Source: Squalus acanthias (taxonomy: Eukaryota). Taken from it: 64,000 nt of DNA. Below are positions 39,615 through 54,100 of this stretch, in pieces. The first letter of the stretch is position 1. Every line of letters begins with the position of its first letter. The notes beneath the pieces are model-generated. The model was not told the DNA's origin, made no database searches, and saw only the letters and a program-made list of their open reading frames with translations. The stretch is from contig CM059432.1 in NCBI GenBank assembly GCA_030390025.1, positions 151,716,001 to 151,780,000 of the forward strand, written 5' to 3'. The position numbers and the translations under genes were made by a program.

Positions 39615-40445
39615 AGAGAGGACAAGACCTGGACGACATTCAGGCTTGGGCTGATAAGTGGCAAGGAACATTCGCGCCACACAAGTGCCAGGCAATGACC
39701 ATCTCCAACAAGAGAGAGTCGAATCACCATCCCTTGGCATTCAACGGCATTACCATCACCGAATCCCCCACCATCAACATCCTTGGGGGGAGGGGTCACC
39801 ATTGAGCAGAAACTTAACTGGACCAGCCACTTAAATATTGTGGCTACAAGAGCAGGTCAGAGGCTGGGTATTCTGTGGAGAGTGACTCCCCAAAACCGTT
39901 CCACCATCTACAAGGCACAAGTCAGGAGTGTGATGGAACACTCTCCACTTGCCTGGATGAGTGCAGCTCCAACTACACTCGAGGCACAACACCACCCAGG
40001 ACAAAGCAGCCAGCTTGATTGGCATCCCTTCCGCCACCTTAACCATTCACTCCCTCCACCACTGGCGCACCGTGGCTGCAGTGTGTACCATCTACAAGAT
40101 GCACTGCAGCAAATCACCAAGGCTTCTTCGGCAGCACCTCCCAAACCGCGACCTTTACCGCCGAGAAGGACAAGGGCAGTAGGTGCATGGGAACACCACC
40201 ACCCTCCAAGTTCCCCTCCAAGCCACACGCCATCCTGACTTGAAATATATCGCCGATCCTTCATCATCGCTGGGTCAAAATTCTGGAACTCCCTCCCTAA
40301 CAGCACTGTTGGGAGTACCTTCACCACACGGACTGCAGCGGTTCATGAAGGTGGCTCACCACCACCTACTCGAGGGCAATTAGGGATGGGCAATAAAAAG
40401 CTGGCCTTGCCAGCGACGCCCACATCCCAGAAACAAATAAAACAA
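39615..40445 (+). mobile_element. CR1-superclade LINE 3' fragment (distinct from the main CR1 family)
   Basis: DLDDIQAWADKWQ..FAPHKCQAMTI, IYKAQVRSVMEHSPLAWM; 3' tail with A-rich end. Confidence 0.8.
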
Positions 40446-41009
40446 ATCAGCCAGAGGCCTGGAAGGAGGAACATGATCACTGAGATGGGAAAAAAGTGAG
40501 AGAGAGCAGAAGAAAGAAAATGAGGAGAGAAGGTAAATTAAAATAATATAACAGAAACAAAGTGAGGAGACAAGAGAAAATAAAGGAAGGAACTGGAAGA
40601 AGGGGAAAAATATCTGAAGCAAATAATAATTAAGTCTCTTTTAAAGAGGAACTTGCGGTGGGGGCGTGTTATTGAGTTGAGTGAGCACTGGATAGAATGT
40701 TAATAGATGGCAGTTAAGTAAACACATGGGCATAATGTGTAAGATGTGCTGGAGAAGCTATCTGATGTTTATATACATACGTTCCTAATTTGATGATGAT
40801 TGCCCTTTCAAACTGATGACATGAAATTCATAGTGCAAGGGGGAAACACTTTATTAAAATTGTAACAAGTAATCGTATGTTTTTTTGTAAATTAATCTTG
40901 TGTAATGTTTCAATTAGTATGGCAATTTCTTCTTGACAATTTCTTAGCACAATTTCTCACCAATTGTGACATGTTCTATGTTCCATTAAGATTGATCTCT
41001 TATTTTTGC

Positions 41010-41450
41010 ATTCAACTTGTCCAAAAGTCCGCTGCACACATCCTGTCATGCATGAAGTCCCGCTCATCTATCACCCCTGTCCTTGTCGACCTACATCTAC
41101 TCCCGAGCTCCTTGCAGATCAAATTAAAAATCTTCGTCCTCATTTACCAGTCCCTTCAATGCTGCACCTCACCCTACCTCTGCAACTTCCTCCAGCCTCA
41201 TCATTCAGCCCATATTCTTTGGTCCACTGACTCTGGCCTCCTGTCAACCCCATTCCTCCACTCTGCTATCGTGGCAGAGCATGAAGCCATCTGGACCGTC
41301 TCAGCCCTTCTCACTTGATAGCTCTCTCCTTCCATTTAAAATAAAATCCTCTTCAGAATCTATCTCTTGAAATGTGCCTGCATTCATCTTCTAACTCTTC
41401 CCTTTCTACTTGCATCTGCTTTTCTCTGAAGCACTGTGAGGCATTTTGTA
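41010..41450 (+). mobile_element. Degraded L2 3' fragment
   Basis: IQLVQKSAAHILS...SITPVLVDLHLLP..IKLKIFVLIY. Confidence 0.65.
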
Positions 41451-42072
41451 AGTTACAGGTGTTATTTTATTGTGAATTCTGATATCTTCATGTGAAATTA
41501 CAATATTACAAATGATGACTATATTTCTATCTCCAAACCTAAATGAAATCAAAATAGTAAACAAGTTTGCATTTGTCCTACCTGACATTCATCACTCAAC
41601 TCGTGTCCCCCTCTTCCCCATCTCCATCCAGTTCCTTTTTAAAAATAAAAAAAACTGTTTTCCACATTTACAATTATACGATAGATATTGAGCAGTTATC
41701 TGCAACTTGTCATTATGGAATGAGGATGTTGGTTTTCAAAATGGTTGCAAATTGCTTGTTATTGTGTGATATCCATGCCATATGATGTGATCTATTTACT
41801 ACAAGATCAAAATCACTTGAATGTAGTAGTACAGTGGAGGAAATATTTGATCATGCACTTACATGCCCTTGATCAATTTGGGATTCCTTTTTGTTAATGC
41901 AGGTTACACGTGGTGCACTATCTGTCCGAATTTTAAATTGATTTTTAGTTGCCTACAGCACCATAGATATGCGTCAAAGATGTATTTGAATCCTATTCTG
42001 ATAAGCTGCGTAGAACAAGTAGGATTTATATTAATCCGCTTCATCCAATGAGATAGCGTCCTATGAGTAATG

Positions 42073-42948
42073 AAATAAAAACAGAAAATGCTGGAAACAC
42101 TCAGCAAGCCAGGCAGTCTCTGTGGAGAGAGAAATAGATTTAATGGCCCGTATTTTCTGATCCCTACGGATGTGTACGAGCTGTGTACACACCCATAGGA
42201 ACCTCGTAAGTGCCGGTTTCAGGCATGTGAAGCGCATGCGCTGAAACCCGGCATTTCCAATCTGTCAAGAATCCTCTTGACAGATTGCAAGCCTGCCCTG
42301 GAGAAGGGCCTCTGTGGGGGGAGAGTTACGCTTTCTGCAGAACCTCTGCCCGCTGAAATCCCTTCAAAATCTTACGGTTGGCAAAAGCTGGTACTTAATT
42401 TTGCTGGCGTAAGGCCTGCTTTTACCAACATAAGAGTTTAAAAAAAGTAAAAACATAATTTTTTTTTCACTCATTTGTAATTTAAAAATACTTTTAACAA
42501 AGATAAGTTTAATTTTAGCCCTGTAAAAAACTTTAATTTTTTTTCAAAAAATTATATTGTTTAAAATATTTAATTTAATGTAATTTTAACTAATTTTAAA
42601 AACGTGATTTCAAAAAAAAATTATTTCATGTTTTGATGTGTTTTTTCAGTGATCCCCATTCATACTTTTGACATGTCTAAGCTGTCAAAAGTATGAAGGG
42701 GGATTCCCTTCTCCCATTGGTTCCCCATGGCTCACGTGATCCCAGGGACGCTTGCAAACCGCATGCGCCCCTGGGATGCCTGGGCCCTGTGCATTTCGTC
42801 GTGGAGAGGCCCAGGAGTGGAAATGGCCGGACCTCTGGAGCCCTCAGGTAAGGGCGTAGATTTTTTCCAGATCGGAGGCCTCCGCACACAGGAAGCCTCC
42901 GATCGGAAAATACGGGCCATCATTTCAGGTCAATAACCTTTCATCAGA
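42073..42948 (-). mobile_element. Penelope pLTR fragment split by a MITE
   Basis: pLTR 42073-42144 continues at 42919-42948 (TTTCAGGTCAATAACCTTTCATCAG). Confidence 0.7.
42145..42918. mobile_element. MITE family A copy
   Basis: Near-perfect TIRs GGCCCGTATTTTCTGATC / GATCGGAAAATACGGGCC. Confidence 0.85.
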
Positions 42949-43599
42949 TTAAGTAATGATGTCCATTCTGGTGAAAATGTTTTTTTCCCTGATTTTACTT
43001 GAGTCCTCCAGAGAACTGTTCATCAGAGAAATTAATCCAAACCAAATCACTTGACACTTCTGTTATGTATAACTACATTGCAGCTAATGCAAATTGAGGT
43101 TCTCCAAAGAACGAAGAAAAAATAACATCAAATGGAGGTGACTGAGCCGGTGGATCCTGGCGTGCACCCTTTATATTTGGGTCTAATTAGGATCTTAAGA
43201 AATTTGTAGTAATGTTTATTACAGTATACATGTAATCATCACCTTAAACACTTACTCAAATTTACTCTCAGCAGTGTGTTTCCTATCTCATTGGATAACA
43301 TGGGGAAGAAATTTGAAACCTGGTACTTAATTTTGCTGAAGTTGTAATGCAGTCAGGATGGGAAATATGGTGTTATGGGCCATAGTTTCTTGTTTTAATA
43401 TCAACCTTCTATCAGCACTGAACATACAGAATGTAATTGTTATATTTTTGATCTAAGTTCAAACAGATGGATGGCTTTTAGACTAGAGTGCGCTGAATAT
43501 AAGAACTAACTGTTAGCAGGTTAGTGATGTTGAAAAAGGAAAGCCACGATTGATAAACAGTAGAGAATTACTCACGTTTTTCTTGACCAACTTGATCGG

Positions 43600-44124
43600 C
43601 TGTCACAATTCAACCGCATGCGCAGGAAAGGAACATTTGCTGACACAGTACTGCCCAGCGAATGCCCACGAAACTCTTACGCCTGGTAAAAGCAGGCATA
43701 GGGCCGCCTTTTACCAACTTAAGGGTTTAAATAAATATTAAAATAATTTTTTTTAAATCATTTAAACATTCAAAAATGTTTAAAATTAAGTTATTTTTGG
43801 CCCCTTTAAAAATGTTTAAATTTATTTTTCAAAAAATTTAATTTTCGTTTTAAATGTTTAATGAAATTGTATTTTAATTAATTTTAAACATGTGATTTTC
43901 TTATTTAGTTTGTGTAAAAGTGTGTTTTTTATGTCATTCCTATTATGCTTCTGAGGATTCCATACGTAAATGGAATCCCCATAAGCATAATGGTAATCCC
44001 CCTTTTTAATTGGTTGGGCCGGCCCACGTGATCCAAGGGGCGCTTGCGAACTGCATGCGCCCCTGGTATGCGTGGGCCTTTACTTGCAAGCGTACGCGGT
44101 CATAGACCCCATAAAATCCGGGCC
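43600..44124. mobile_element. MITE family A-related partial copy
   Basis: Shared CCTGGTAAAAGCAGG, AT-rich core, GGCCCACGTGATCC motifs and right TIR AAAATCCGGGCC; left end unclear. Confidence 0.65.
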
Positions 44125-44259
44125 ATTAGTTAAAGAAAAATACCGCAGATGTTAGAATTCTGAAACAAAAAGCTGGCAACACATGGCAGGTCAATTAGCG
44201 TGTGTGGAGAGAATGGTCTAGGTTTCAGGTACTCAATAAGAGATGGGCAGGTATATTAA

Positions 44260-45661
44260 TATCCAACCTCCCTTTCCTCTCCAAAGTCCTTGAACGGGTT
44301 GTTGCCTCCCAAATCCATGCCCATCTTTCCCGCAGTTCCATGTTTGAAGCGCTCCAATCAGGTTTCCGCCCTTGCCACAGTACCGAAACGGCTCTCGTCA
44401 AAGTCACAAATGACATCCTTTGTGACTGTGACAAAGGTAAACTATCCCTCCTCGTCCTTCTTGACTTGTCTGTAGCCTTTGACACGGTTGACCACTCCAC
44501 CCTTCTCCAACGCCTCTCCACCATCGTCCAGCTGGGTGGTTCCATTCTTATCTATCTAATCGTAACCAGAGAAACACCTGCAACGGCTTCTCTTCCCGCT
44601 CCCGCATCGTTATCTCTGGTGTCCCCCAAGGATCTATCTTTGGCCCCCTCCTATTTCTCATCTACATGTTGCCCCTTGGCGGCATCATTCAAAAACACAG
44701 CATCAGTTTCCACATGTACGCTGACGACACCCAGCTCTACCTCACTACTTCTTCTCTCGACCCCTCCATGGTGTCTAAATTGTCAGATTGCTTGTCCGAC
44801 ATACAGTTCTGGATGAGTAAAAATTTTCTCCAATTAAATATTGGGAAAACCGAAGCCATTGTTTTCGGTCCCCTCCACAAACTTCGTTCCCTAGCCACTG
44901 ACTCCATTCCTCTCCCTAACATCTGTCTGAGGCTGAACCACATTGTTCGCAACCTTGGTGTCATATTTGACCCTGAAATGAGCTTCCGACCACATATCCG
45001 CAGCTTAACAAAGACCGCCTACTTCCACCTCCGTAACATCGCCCGTCTCTGCCCTTGCCTCAGCTCATCTGCTGCTGATACCCTCATCCATGCTTTTGTT
45101 ATCTCTAGACTTGACTATTCCAACGCACTCCTGGCTGGCCTCCCATATTCCACCCTACGTAAACTTGAGGTCATCCAAAACTCAGCTGCCCGTGTCCTAA
45201 CTCGCACCAAGTCCCGTTCACCCATCACTCCTGTGCTCGCTGACCAACATTGGCTCCCGGTTCAGCAACACCTCGATTTCAAAATTCTCATCCTTGTTTT
45301 CAAATCCCTCCGTGGCCTCGCCCCTCCCTATCTCTGTAATCTCCTTCAGCCCCACAACCTCCCAGAGATATCTGCGCTCCTCTAATTCTGCCCTCTTGAG
45401 CATCCCTGATTATAATCGCTCAACCTTTGGTGGCCGTGCCTTCTGTTGCCGAGGCCCTAAGCTCTAGAATTCCCTCCCTAAACCTCTCCCCCTCTCTACC
45501 TCTCTTTCCTCCTTTAAGACGCTCCTTAAAACCTACCTCTTTGACCAAACTTTTGGTCACCTGCCCTAATTTATCCTTATGTGGATCGGTGTCAGATTTT
45601 TTGTCTTAAGGGACGTTTTACTACGTTAAAGGTGCTATATAAATACAAGTTGTTGTTGTTG
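44260..45661 (+). mobile_element. L2 LINE 3' portion with RT
   Basis: ISNLPFLSKVLER, QSGFRPCHSTETAL, LLDLSVAFDTVDH, HMYADDTQLY; (TTG)n tail. Confidence 0.92.
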
Positions 45662-46280
45662 ATCCCTGGGATCAGCTTCATGGCTCTTCTCTGCAGTGCC
45701 TCCAGCGCTTGAATGTTTATCTTGTTTCTTTGTGACCAGAACTTGACGCAATATTCAAGATGCAGTCTGACTAGAGCACTACAAAGTTTGCTCATTAACT
45801 CATTCGACTTATATTTGACTGTTTTAGCTACGTGGTTCAACATGCTATTGGCAATGTTGATGCTCTGCATTGGCTGGCGATGTTTAGCATCGAGTCTGCT
45901 GAGACTCCTAGAGTTCTTGTTCAACTTCATCTTGAGCTATTTCCGCACAATTCAGTGTTGCCTATTTTTAGTTTCTATGTGTACGCTTTACATTTGTCTG
46001 CATTACATTTCATTTGTCATTGTTGCCCACTTATAGTCCAACTCATTTGTCGTTTCTTCGCTGCCTCTTGTGATTCCATTGTCCCTCCTACTTCAGCATC
46101 ATTTATGAAAATTCAAAACAGTCGTGATCCCAGCGCTGAGCCCTCAGCTGCCCCACTCTGTATTTCCGTCCCCCACTCTGACGTAACTCGGAATTAGTAC
46201 ACATTTCCAACTTTTCAGCCAGCTTCTCATTCATTCCCAGGGTTTACTCTGAAACCTTTGAGTTTAATAGCTTTTCTTAA
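45662..46280 (-). mobile_element. Old CR1 RT fragment
   Basis: ALVRLHLEYCVKFWS in ORF 45592-45930. Confidence 0.7.
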
Positions 46281-47844
46281 GGGTGTTGCACCTTGCCTGT
46301 CACAGCTTGATGGTGTTGCAGGTAGGTGCTGTTTGTACAGATATATGGTCTGCTTTTTCTGAAAATTCTTTTAAAATATTCACTTAAACACTTTTAATGT
46401 TTTGTATTTCCTAAATTGAACTTTCTCTCCCAGCTCCAATGGCACTCTTGATTTTTCACAAGCTTTTAATTATTTAATGACCCGCTTAAAGAGAGTAGAG
46501 CTCCTGATGGACATGAATTCTGGCTGCCATTCTCCTATTATTTCAGAGCATTATCAGCACTCTTAATTGAGGCCCTACTCTGGCTGCCATTATTCAGGCC
46601 ATAAATATGCTCTGCTGCAATTCTTATCTGTTTCTTAACTTCTGCCCCCGCCCGCCCGCCCCCCCACTTTCTATGAAGTAATTTTTGTGGCCTGTTGGAT
46701 CCTCACAACCTCCACCCCTACAGCTCTATTCGTAAAACGTTGCGTTGGCCCTGTCCATGTCAGCCTCTGCTGGGCTCCTGATTCTCATGCTGCTTGGAGT
46801 GCTATTGCTTGCTGCTGGTTTGTTGTTTCCATCTTTTTTCAATTTTCCCTATTTCTCTGCAGCAAAATGATTTTTGGTGTCCATCAGCCCATTTTTTCAG
46901 CCCCTCTTCCCCACCCCCTGCTGTGTTTGTTTCATCATCACAACAATCTTTGGCCACCTCTGTTGTTTTTATATATTTTTTTAAATTGCTCCTGGGCTCT
47001 GTCTCCCACACACCTGCTGTTAATTGATTTTTCCCTCTGCAGTATTTTTTTTCCCCTAATGTTTTTTATTGCCAAGGATCAGGCCTCTGGGCGACTCCCA
47101 CCTCTTTGTCCTCTCTTCTCCCCTGCCTATCCAACCTTGACTCCAGCTTCCCAGGTGCACCCATTTTGGATTCTCCTGAATTGTTTCTCCATAAATAACT
47201 TTCCTTTAACAGCTATTGATTTAGTCTTAATTTTAAACTTTTCAGTTGATAAAAATGTGTTCATTTCATCATCCAAAACAAATAATATTTCAATGAAAGC
47301 AATATTCGTTTCACAAATTATAATCAATTTTTACATTTTTAATTCACATACATCTTTATTTGTAATTCATTTAAAAATATGTTAACGTTATTTACCTTGG
47401 ATTGCCATTTCTAGATTTCCTGTCTAACATTTCATAAAGCATTTCCATATTTTACCTACTACCATTAATATTTTAGCATTTCACTTAGTCAGATCAGTAA
47501 ATCATTTCAATTTTTCATTTATTCTTTATTGTAGACCACATCTTCAATTATTTCTCTCATTTCAGTAGGTTTCTAATTATGGTTAGGTTGGCATTTTAGA
47601 TTACATGGTAATCTGGAAGCGTTGCAGGCAAATGGCATCACGTTCAGACCAGAGGGTTACAGACACCCTCAGGGAAAGAAGAGATACTGATATTGAAACC
47701 CAAATTGAGCTTCATGGGAACAGTGTACAAGGCCAATGATTGAGATCAGAATGGGAACAGGAAAGTGAGTTTAACTGGCAAGCCGCAATTAGATTGGGAC
47801 CGTACTCGCAGACATAACAGGGTGAATTTGTTGGGATCATCTAC

Positions 47845-48315
47845 ATAGAATCATAATGGCACAGAAGGAGGCCATTCGGACCATTGAGTCCGTGCCAGCT
47901 CTCTATAGAGTAATCCAGTCAGTCCCATTCCCCTGCTCTATCCTCGTAGCCCTGCAAGTTTATTTCCCTCAAGTGCCTATCTAGTCTCCCCTTGAAAACA
48001 TTGAGTGTCTCCGCTTCTACCACTTCCGTCGGCAGCGAGTTCCACGTCCTTACCACTCAGTGCGTAAAAAAGTTTTCCCTCACGTCCCCCCTGTATCTCT
48101 TGCCCAAAATCTTAAATCTGTGTCCCCTAGTCCTTGTACCATCAACTAGTGGGAACAGCCTTTCCCCGTCTAGCCTATCCAAACCCGTCATAATCTTGTA
48201 CACCTCTATCAAATCACCCCTCAACCTTCTTTGCTCTAATGAAAACAAATCCAGCTTCTCCAACCTGTCCTTGTAGCTAAGATTCCCCATCCCCAGAACC
48301 ATCCTGGTAAATCTG
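47845..48315 (-). mobile_element. CR1 3' end, same subfamily as 21125-24180
   Basis: Near-identical to 21130-21570. Confidence 0.88.
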
Positions 48316-48372
48316 GTAATCTGGAAGCGAACAATCTGGTGCGTACGGTGGCTGATGGTGTGGAAGGTGAGA

Positions 48373-51300
48373 ATCATAGAATCCTATCGAATCATAGAAT
48401 GGTTACAGCACAGAAGGCGGCCATTCAGCCCGTCAAGCCCATGCTGGCTCTCTGCAAGAGCACCTCAGCTAGTCCCACTCCCCCGCCCCTTCCCCGTAGC
48501 CCTGCAAATTTCTTTTCTTCAGATACTTATCTAACTCCCTTTTGCAAACCGTGATTGAGTCTGCCTCCACCACCCTTTCAGGGCATTGCACGCCAGATCC
48601 TAACCACTTGCTGAGTAAAAAAAGTTTTTTCTTACGTCGCCTTTGGTTCTTTTGCCAATCACCTTAAATCTGTGTCCTCTGGTTCTCATCCCTTCTGCCA
48701 ATGGGAACAGTTTCCCTCTATCTACTCTGTCCAGACCCCTCATGATTTTGAACATCTCTATCAAATCTCCTCTCAGTCTTCTCTGCTCCAAGGAGAAGAA
48801 CCCCAGCTTCTCCAGTCTGTCAACATAACTGAAGTCCCTAATTCCTGGAATCATTCTCGTAAATCTTTTCTGCACCCTCTCTAAGGCCTTCACATCCTTC
48901 CTAAAGTGTGGTGCCCAGAATTGGACACAGTACTCCAGTTGGGGCCGAACCAGTGTTTTATACAAGTTCTTCATAATTTCCACACTTTTGTAATCTATAC
49001 ATCTATTTATGAAGCCCTGGATCCCGTAAGCCTTTTTAACTGCTTTCTCAACCGGCCCTGCCACTTTCAACGATTTATGCACACATACCCCCAGGTCTCT
49101 CTGTTCGTGCACCCACTTCAGGATTGTACCATTTAGTTTATATGTCCTCTCCTCATTCTTTCTACCAAAATGTATCACTTCACACTTTTCTGCGTTAAAT
49201 TTCATCTGCCACGTGTTCACTCATTTCACCAGCCTGTCTGTCTTCCTGAAGTCTATCACTCTGCTCTTCACTGTTCACTATACTTCCAACTTTTGTGTCA
49301 TCTGCAAATTTTGAAATTGTGCCCTGCACACTCACATCCAAGTCATTAATATATATCAAGAAAAGCAGTGGTCCTAGAACCAACCCCTGGGGAACACCAC
49401 TGTATGTATACCTTCTTCCAGTCCGAAAAACAACCGTTCACCACTACTCTGTTTCCTGTCACTTAGCCAATTTCGTATCCATGCTGCCACTGTCCCTTTT
49501 ATTCCATTGGCTTCAACTTTGCTGGCAAGCCTATTATGTGGCACTTTGTCGAACGCCTATTGGAAATCCATGTACACTACGTCAACCGCATTACCCTCAT
49601 CAGCCCACTCTGTTACCTCATCAAAAAACTCGATCAAGTTGGTTAAACACGATTTGCCTTTAACAAATCCATGCTGGCTTTCCTTAATTAATCCACACTT
49701 GTCCAAGTGACTTAATTTTGTCCCTGATTATTCTTTCTAAAAGCTTCTCCACTACCGAGGTTAAACTGACTGGCCTGCAGTTGTTGGGTTTATCTTTACA
49801 CCCTTTTTTGAACAACGATGTAACATTTGCAATTCTCCAGTCCTCAGGCACCACCTCCGTTTCTCAGGAGGATTGGAAGATTATGGCCATTACCTCCACG
49901 ATTTCACCCTTCACTTCCCTCCGCGTCCTAGGATGCATCCCATCTGGTCCTGGTGACTTATCTACCTTAAGTACAGCCAGCCTTTCTAGTACCCCCTCTT
50001 TAATCATTTTTATCCCATCCAGTATCTCCTCTACCTCCTCCTTCACTATGTCTATGACAGCATCTTCTTCCTTGATGAAGACAGATGCAGTGTACTCATT
50101 AAGCACCTCAGCCATACCCTCTGCCTCCATGCGTAGGTCACCTTTTTGGTTCCTAATCGACCCCACCCCTCCTCTTACTACCCATTTACTATTTATATGC
50201 CTATAGAAGACTTTTGGATTACCTTTTATGTTAGCTGCCATTCTATTCTCATACCCTCTCTTTTTGTCCCTCTTATTTTCTTTTTCACTTCTCCTCTAAA
50301 CTTTCTATATTTAACCTGATTCTCAGATGTATTCTCGACCTGACATCTGTCATACACGCTCTTTTTCTGCTTCATCTTACTCTCTATCTCTGACTTTAGT
50401 TGCCCTACCTTTCCCCTAGTGGGAATGTGCCTCGACTATACCCGAACTATTTCCTCTTTAAAGGCAGCCCATTGTTCGATTACAGTTTTGCCTGCCAATC
50501 TTTGATTCCAATTTACCCGGGCCAGATCCATTCTCATCTCAATGAAATTTGCCTTCCTCCAATTAAGTATTTTTTACTCTAGATTGCTCCCTGTCATTTT
50601 CCATAGCTAATAATATTGTGATCACTGTTCCCTAAATGTTCACCTACTGACACTTGCTCCACTTGACCTACCTCATTCCCCAGAACCAGATCCAGCAATG
50701 CCTCCTTCCTCGTTGGGCTGGAAACATACTGATCAAGAAAGTTCTCCTTAACACACTTCAGAAATTCTTCCCCCTCTCTGCCCTTTACACTATTACTATC
50801 CCAGTCTATATTAGGATAGTTGGAAATCCCCCTCCTGAAACGTGCTATCCACGTAGCTCTCAGCCTCGCCGATGCACCGCAGTGACGCCAGCTGCTGCTC
50901 AAGCTCCGAAATCCGGAGCTCAGGCTCCTCCAGCTGATGACACTTCCTGCACACGTGGTTGTCCAGGACACCGGAAGCGTCCTGGATTTCACACGTGGCA
51001 CAGGATGCGCATTCCGCGGAACTGAGCTGCCCTGCCATGCCTTTATTTATTCGACTATTAATTAACTTTACAGAAACTTAAGACTAAGATGTACCTAATT
51101 CATATTATTACTATAATGTATTATTAACAGTTGCTAATTTAATATAGTATTAATACTACATTAAATTAGTAACTGTTAACAGCTACTAATCTCCAAGCTC
51201 CTGCTTTGTCCCTAACCAGCTATTTAACCCTGGCCCCTAACTTGAAGAGCAGAAAAAAAACAGTGACTGTTACAAACCAATCAGTTACCAGCTGTCCTGT

Positions 51301-51380
51301 GATGTCACTCCTGGATTTTTTTCCCCTCTCTGCTCCGGTTCCCAGTTAGGTCCGCTTTCCTACTCGGCTGCTTGCATTTA
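48373..51380 (-). mobile_element. CR1 LINE with 5' UTR and ORF1 start, internally deleted
   Basis: ORF1 start MAGQLSSAECASC..HVCRKC at 51038 joins directly to APE 'NYPNIDWD' at ~50825; RT and tail follow. Confidence 0.88.
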
Positions 51381-52914
51381 AACGTATCTATGTCCCAGGG
51401 TAGGTTTGCAATTAGACGATGGTTTTAAAGTTATTTCTGATTGAAAGGCTCCTCCAATGAGCACAGGAGTCCCTCATTTTATGCGAACAAATTTAATGAG
51501 TGGCATTGGATAGGGATTCCCTTTGGCGTTTATCTGTTAGCTGGCATGGTTCAGAGCATTCCCGTTTCTTCATGCAGGTATAGAAAGATTTCAGTTTTGC
51601 ACTTATCCCTGTTCATCTTTACTGTGAACAAGTAGCAAAACTCGGCAAAGGAAGAGTTAAAAATGAAAGCTCCCAATCATATGTAATGAATATGGTTTCA
51701 GAATTATTTTGCTGTAATGTTGATGTGATAGTGCGGTTCATCATGTCTCGGCACTTTGGCTTTATATCTGTTTACCCAATGTAAGAGCTCTTGAGTTCAT
51801 CAGTTGCTCCCTTTAACTGCAAATGAGCACTAAAAGGTGAGGCAAGATGTTTGAGATCAAATTGGCTCCAAGTGACATGTCTTCAAATGGAAGCTTTTAA
51901 CTCACTTCGTCGTTCTGCCCTTCGTTCATTCTGCCGTTTGTTCTATCTGTCACTCTCTCTCTCTGAACTCTGGGTCAAATAGGCTGCATTGTTGCGAACA
52001 ACTTCTCCAGGTTTCCTGGCTGGAAAAGCTCTTCAGAATTTGATTGAATTTGTTGCCCTGCAGAAAATTACATACAGTTAATGGTCTCGAATTGGATTTT
52101 TCTTCAAGAGCAGGGGAAAAAATGGCAAGCCCAATGAGCTGTTTATGTAGTTAATCCTCCATAACCAGGTGCAAAGGGTGAATTTCCTGAAACGTAGGCT
52201 GGCTATTTCCATTCACAGCTTACTTAATACCAATGGAATATGTGCAAAAGCCAGATCTGTTTTATTGGTTATTCACACTTATGCAATGTACTGTGATAAA
52301 AACATTGCAAAATCTTTTCTAAAGTAAAAGGAGGCATATTTTAGAAATAAACTATGAAAGTAAAATCCATGGATTAATCAATGTTTAATTAAGTTTTCCT
52401 ATTATTCTGCATTCAGGAATGAAAATATATTGTTTAGATAATGTCTAGATCATTATCATATTAACTCATGATTCTAAATATAATGGAACAAGGATGTTTT
52501 GGGCCTTCTCTAAACTCCTTGCCCTATCCTGACTCTTGTATGGTATCTCTCTCATGGGTGAGACCCAGCTCTCAGAACCTGCAAGAGTGTCTGTACTTGT
52601 CTTGGGATCCAAGTAAGCTTTCGGTAATGTGCCTAGGTAAATAAACAGAAAATTCTGGTAATTGCTTTAAGTACTTGACTTTTTTATTTTTCCATAAGGT
52701 CTCAGTTCAGTCTTTGAAAATGGTAGAGCATCATACAAGACCTTGTTTAAAATATCAAGTGAATTTTGCACAACTGATAAATGAATATTATAACAGTGAT
52801 ATAACAATTACATATTGAACAGAATCTCTTTTAGTAACTCTTTAATTAAACAAAATAATACAAAATTGCAATCCCGCAAAGGAACCTGATCCTTTGCTGC
52901 TCCTGTCTTTCAGG

Positions 52915-54100
52915 AATATCACAAAGTATTTACAGCACAGAAACAGGCCCTTTGACCCAACAGCTCCGTGCCGGTTTTTATGCTCAACACAGCCTTCTCT
53001 CACCCCTCTTCATCTAACCCCATCAACATATCCTTCTGTTCCTTTTTTCCTCATTGCTTATCTAGCTTCCCCTTAAATGTATCTGTGCCATTCTCCTCAA
53101 CTACTCCCTGTGGTAACGAGTTCCACATTCTAAACACTCTCTGGGTAAAGAAGTTTCTCCTGAATTCCCTATTGGATTTTTTAAGTGACTATCTTATATT
53201 TATGGCCCCTCGTTCTGGTCTCGCCCACAGTTCTGGCCTCTCCCTCAAGTGGAAACATTTTCTCTACGTCTACCCTTTCATAATCTTGAAGACCTCTATC
53301 AGGTCACCCCTCATTCTTGTCTTTTCTAAAGAAAAAAAACCCCAGCCTGGTCAATCATTCCTGATGGGTATAACCTCTCAGATCTGGTATCATTCCAGTG
53401 AATCCTTTTTGCACCTTCTCCAGTGCCTCTATATCCTTTTTATAATATGGAAACCTGAACTGTGCTAAGTAGTCCAAGTGTGGTCTAACCAAGGTTCTAT
53501 ACAAGTTTAAGATAACTTCTCTGCTTTTTATTTCTATCCCTCTAGAAATGAACCCCAGTGCTTTGTTTGCCTTATTATCCGTGTTATTACTTTTAGTGAT
53601 TTGTGAATCTGTACCCCCAGATCCCTCTGTTCCTCTATTCCATTTAGACACTTATTTTCCAAGAACGATGTGGCCACCTTATTCTTCCTACCAAAATGTA
53701 TTACCCCACAATTGAAGTTGATTTGCCAATTACACGCACATTCTGCAAGTTTATTAATGTCTTGTTGTATTTTGTCACAGTCCTCCTCTGTATTAACTAC
53801 AACCACCGCCCCCCTGCAATTTGGTGTCAGCTGCAAATTTTGAAATTTCACTTCCGATTCTCGAGTCCAAATCATTTATTTAAATGGTGATCAACAGTGG
53901 TCCCAGCAACAATCCTTGTGGAACACTTCCCACCATTTGCCAATCCAAGTAACTACCTTTAACCCCTACTCTCTTTTCTGTTTTGTAGCCAGCTTGCTAT
54001 CCATTCTGCTGTTTGTCCCCTGACTCCACATGTTCTGACCTTAGTCATGACTCTACTATGCGGTACCATAGCAAAGGCTTTTTGGAAATCCAGATACATT
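52915..54100 (-). mobile_element. Older CR1 RT/3' fragment
   Basis: LYRTLVRPHLDY, EQRDLGVQIH remnants. Confidence 0.8.

Noticed and set aside
46687..47385. 232-aa hydrophobic ORF
   Set aside because: T-rich low-complexity sequence, non-ATG start, no recognisable domain
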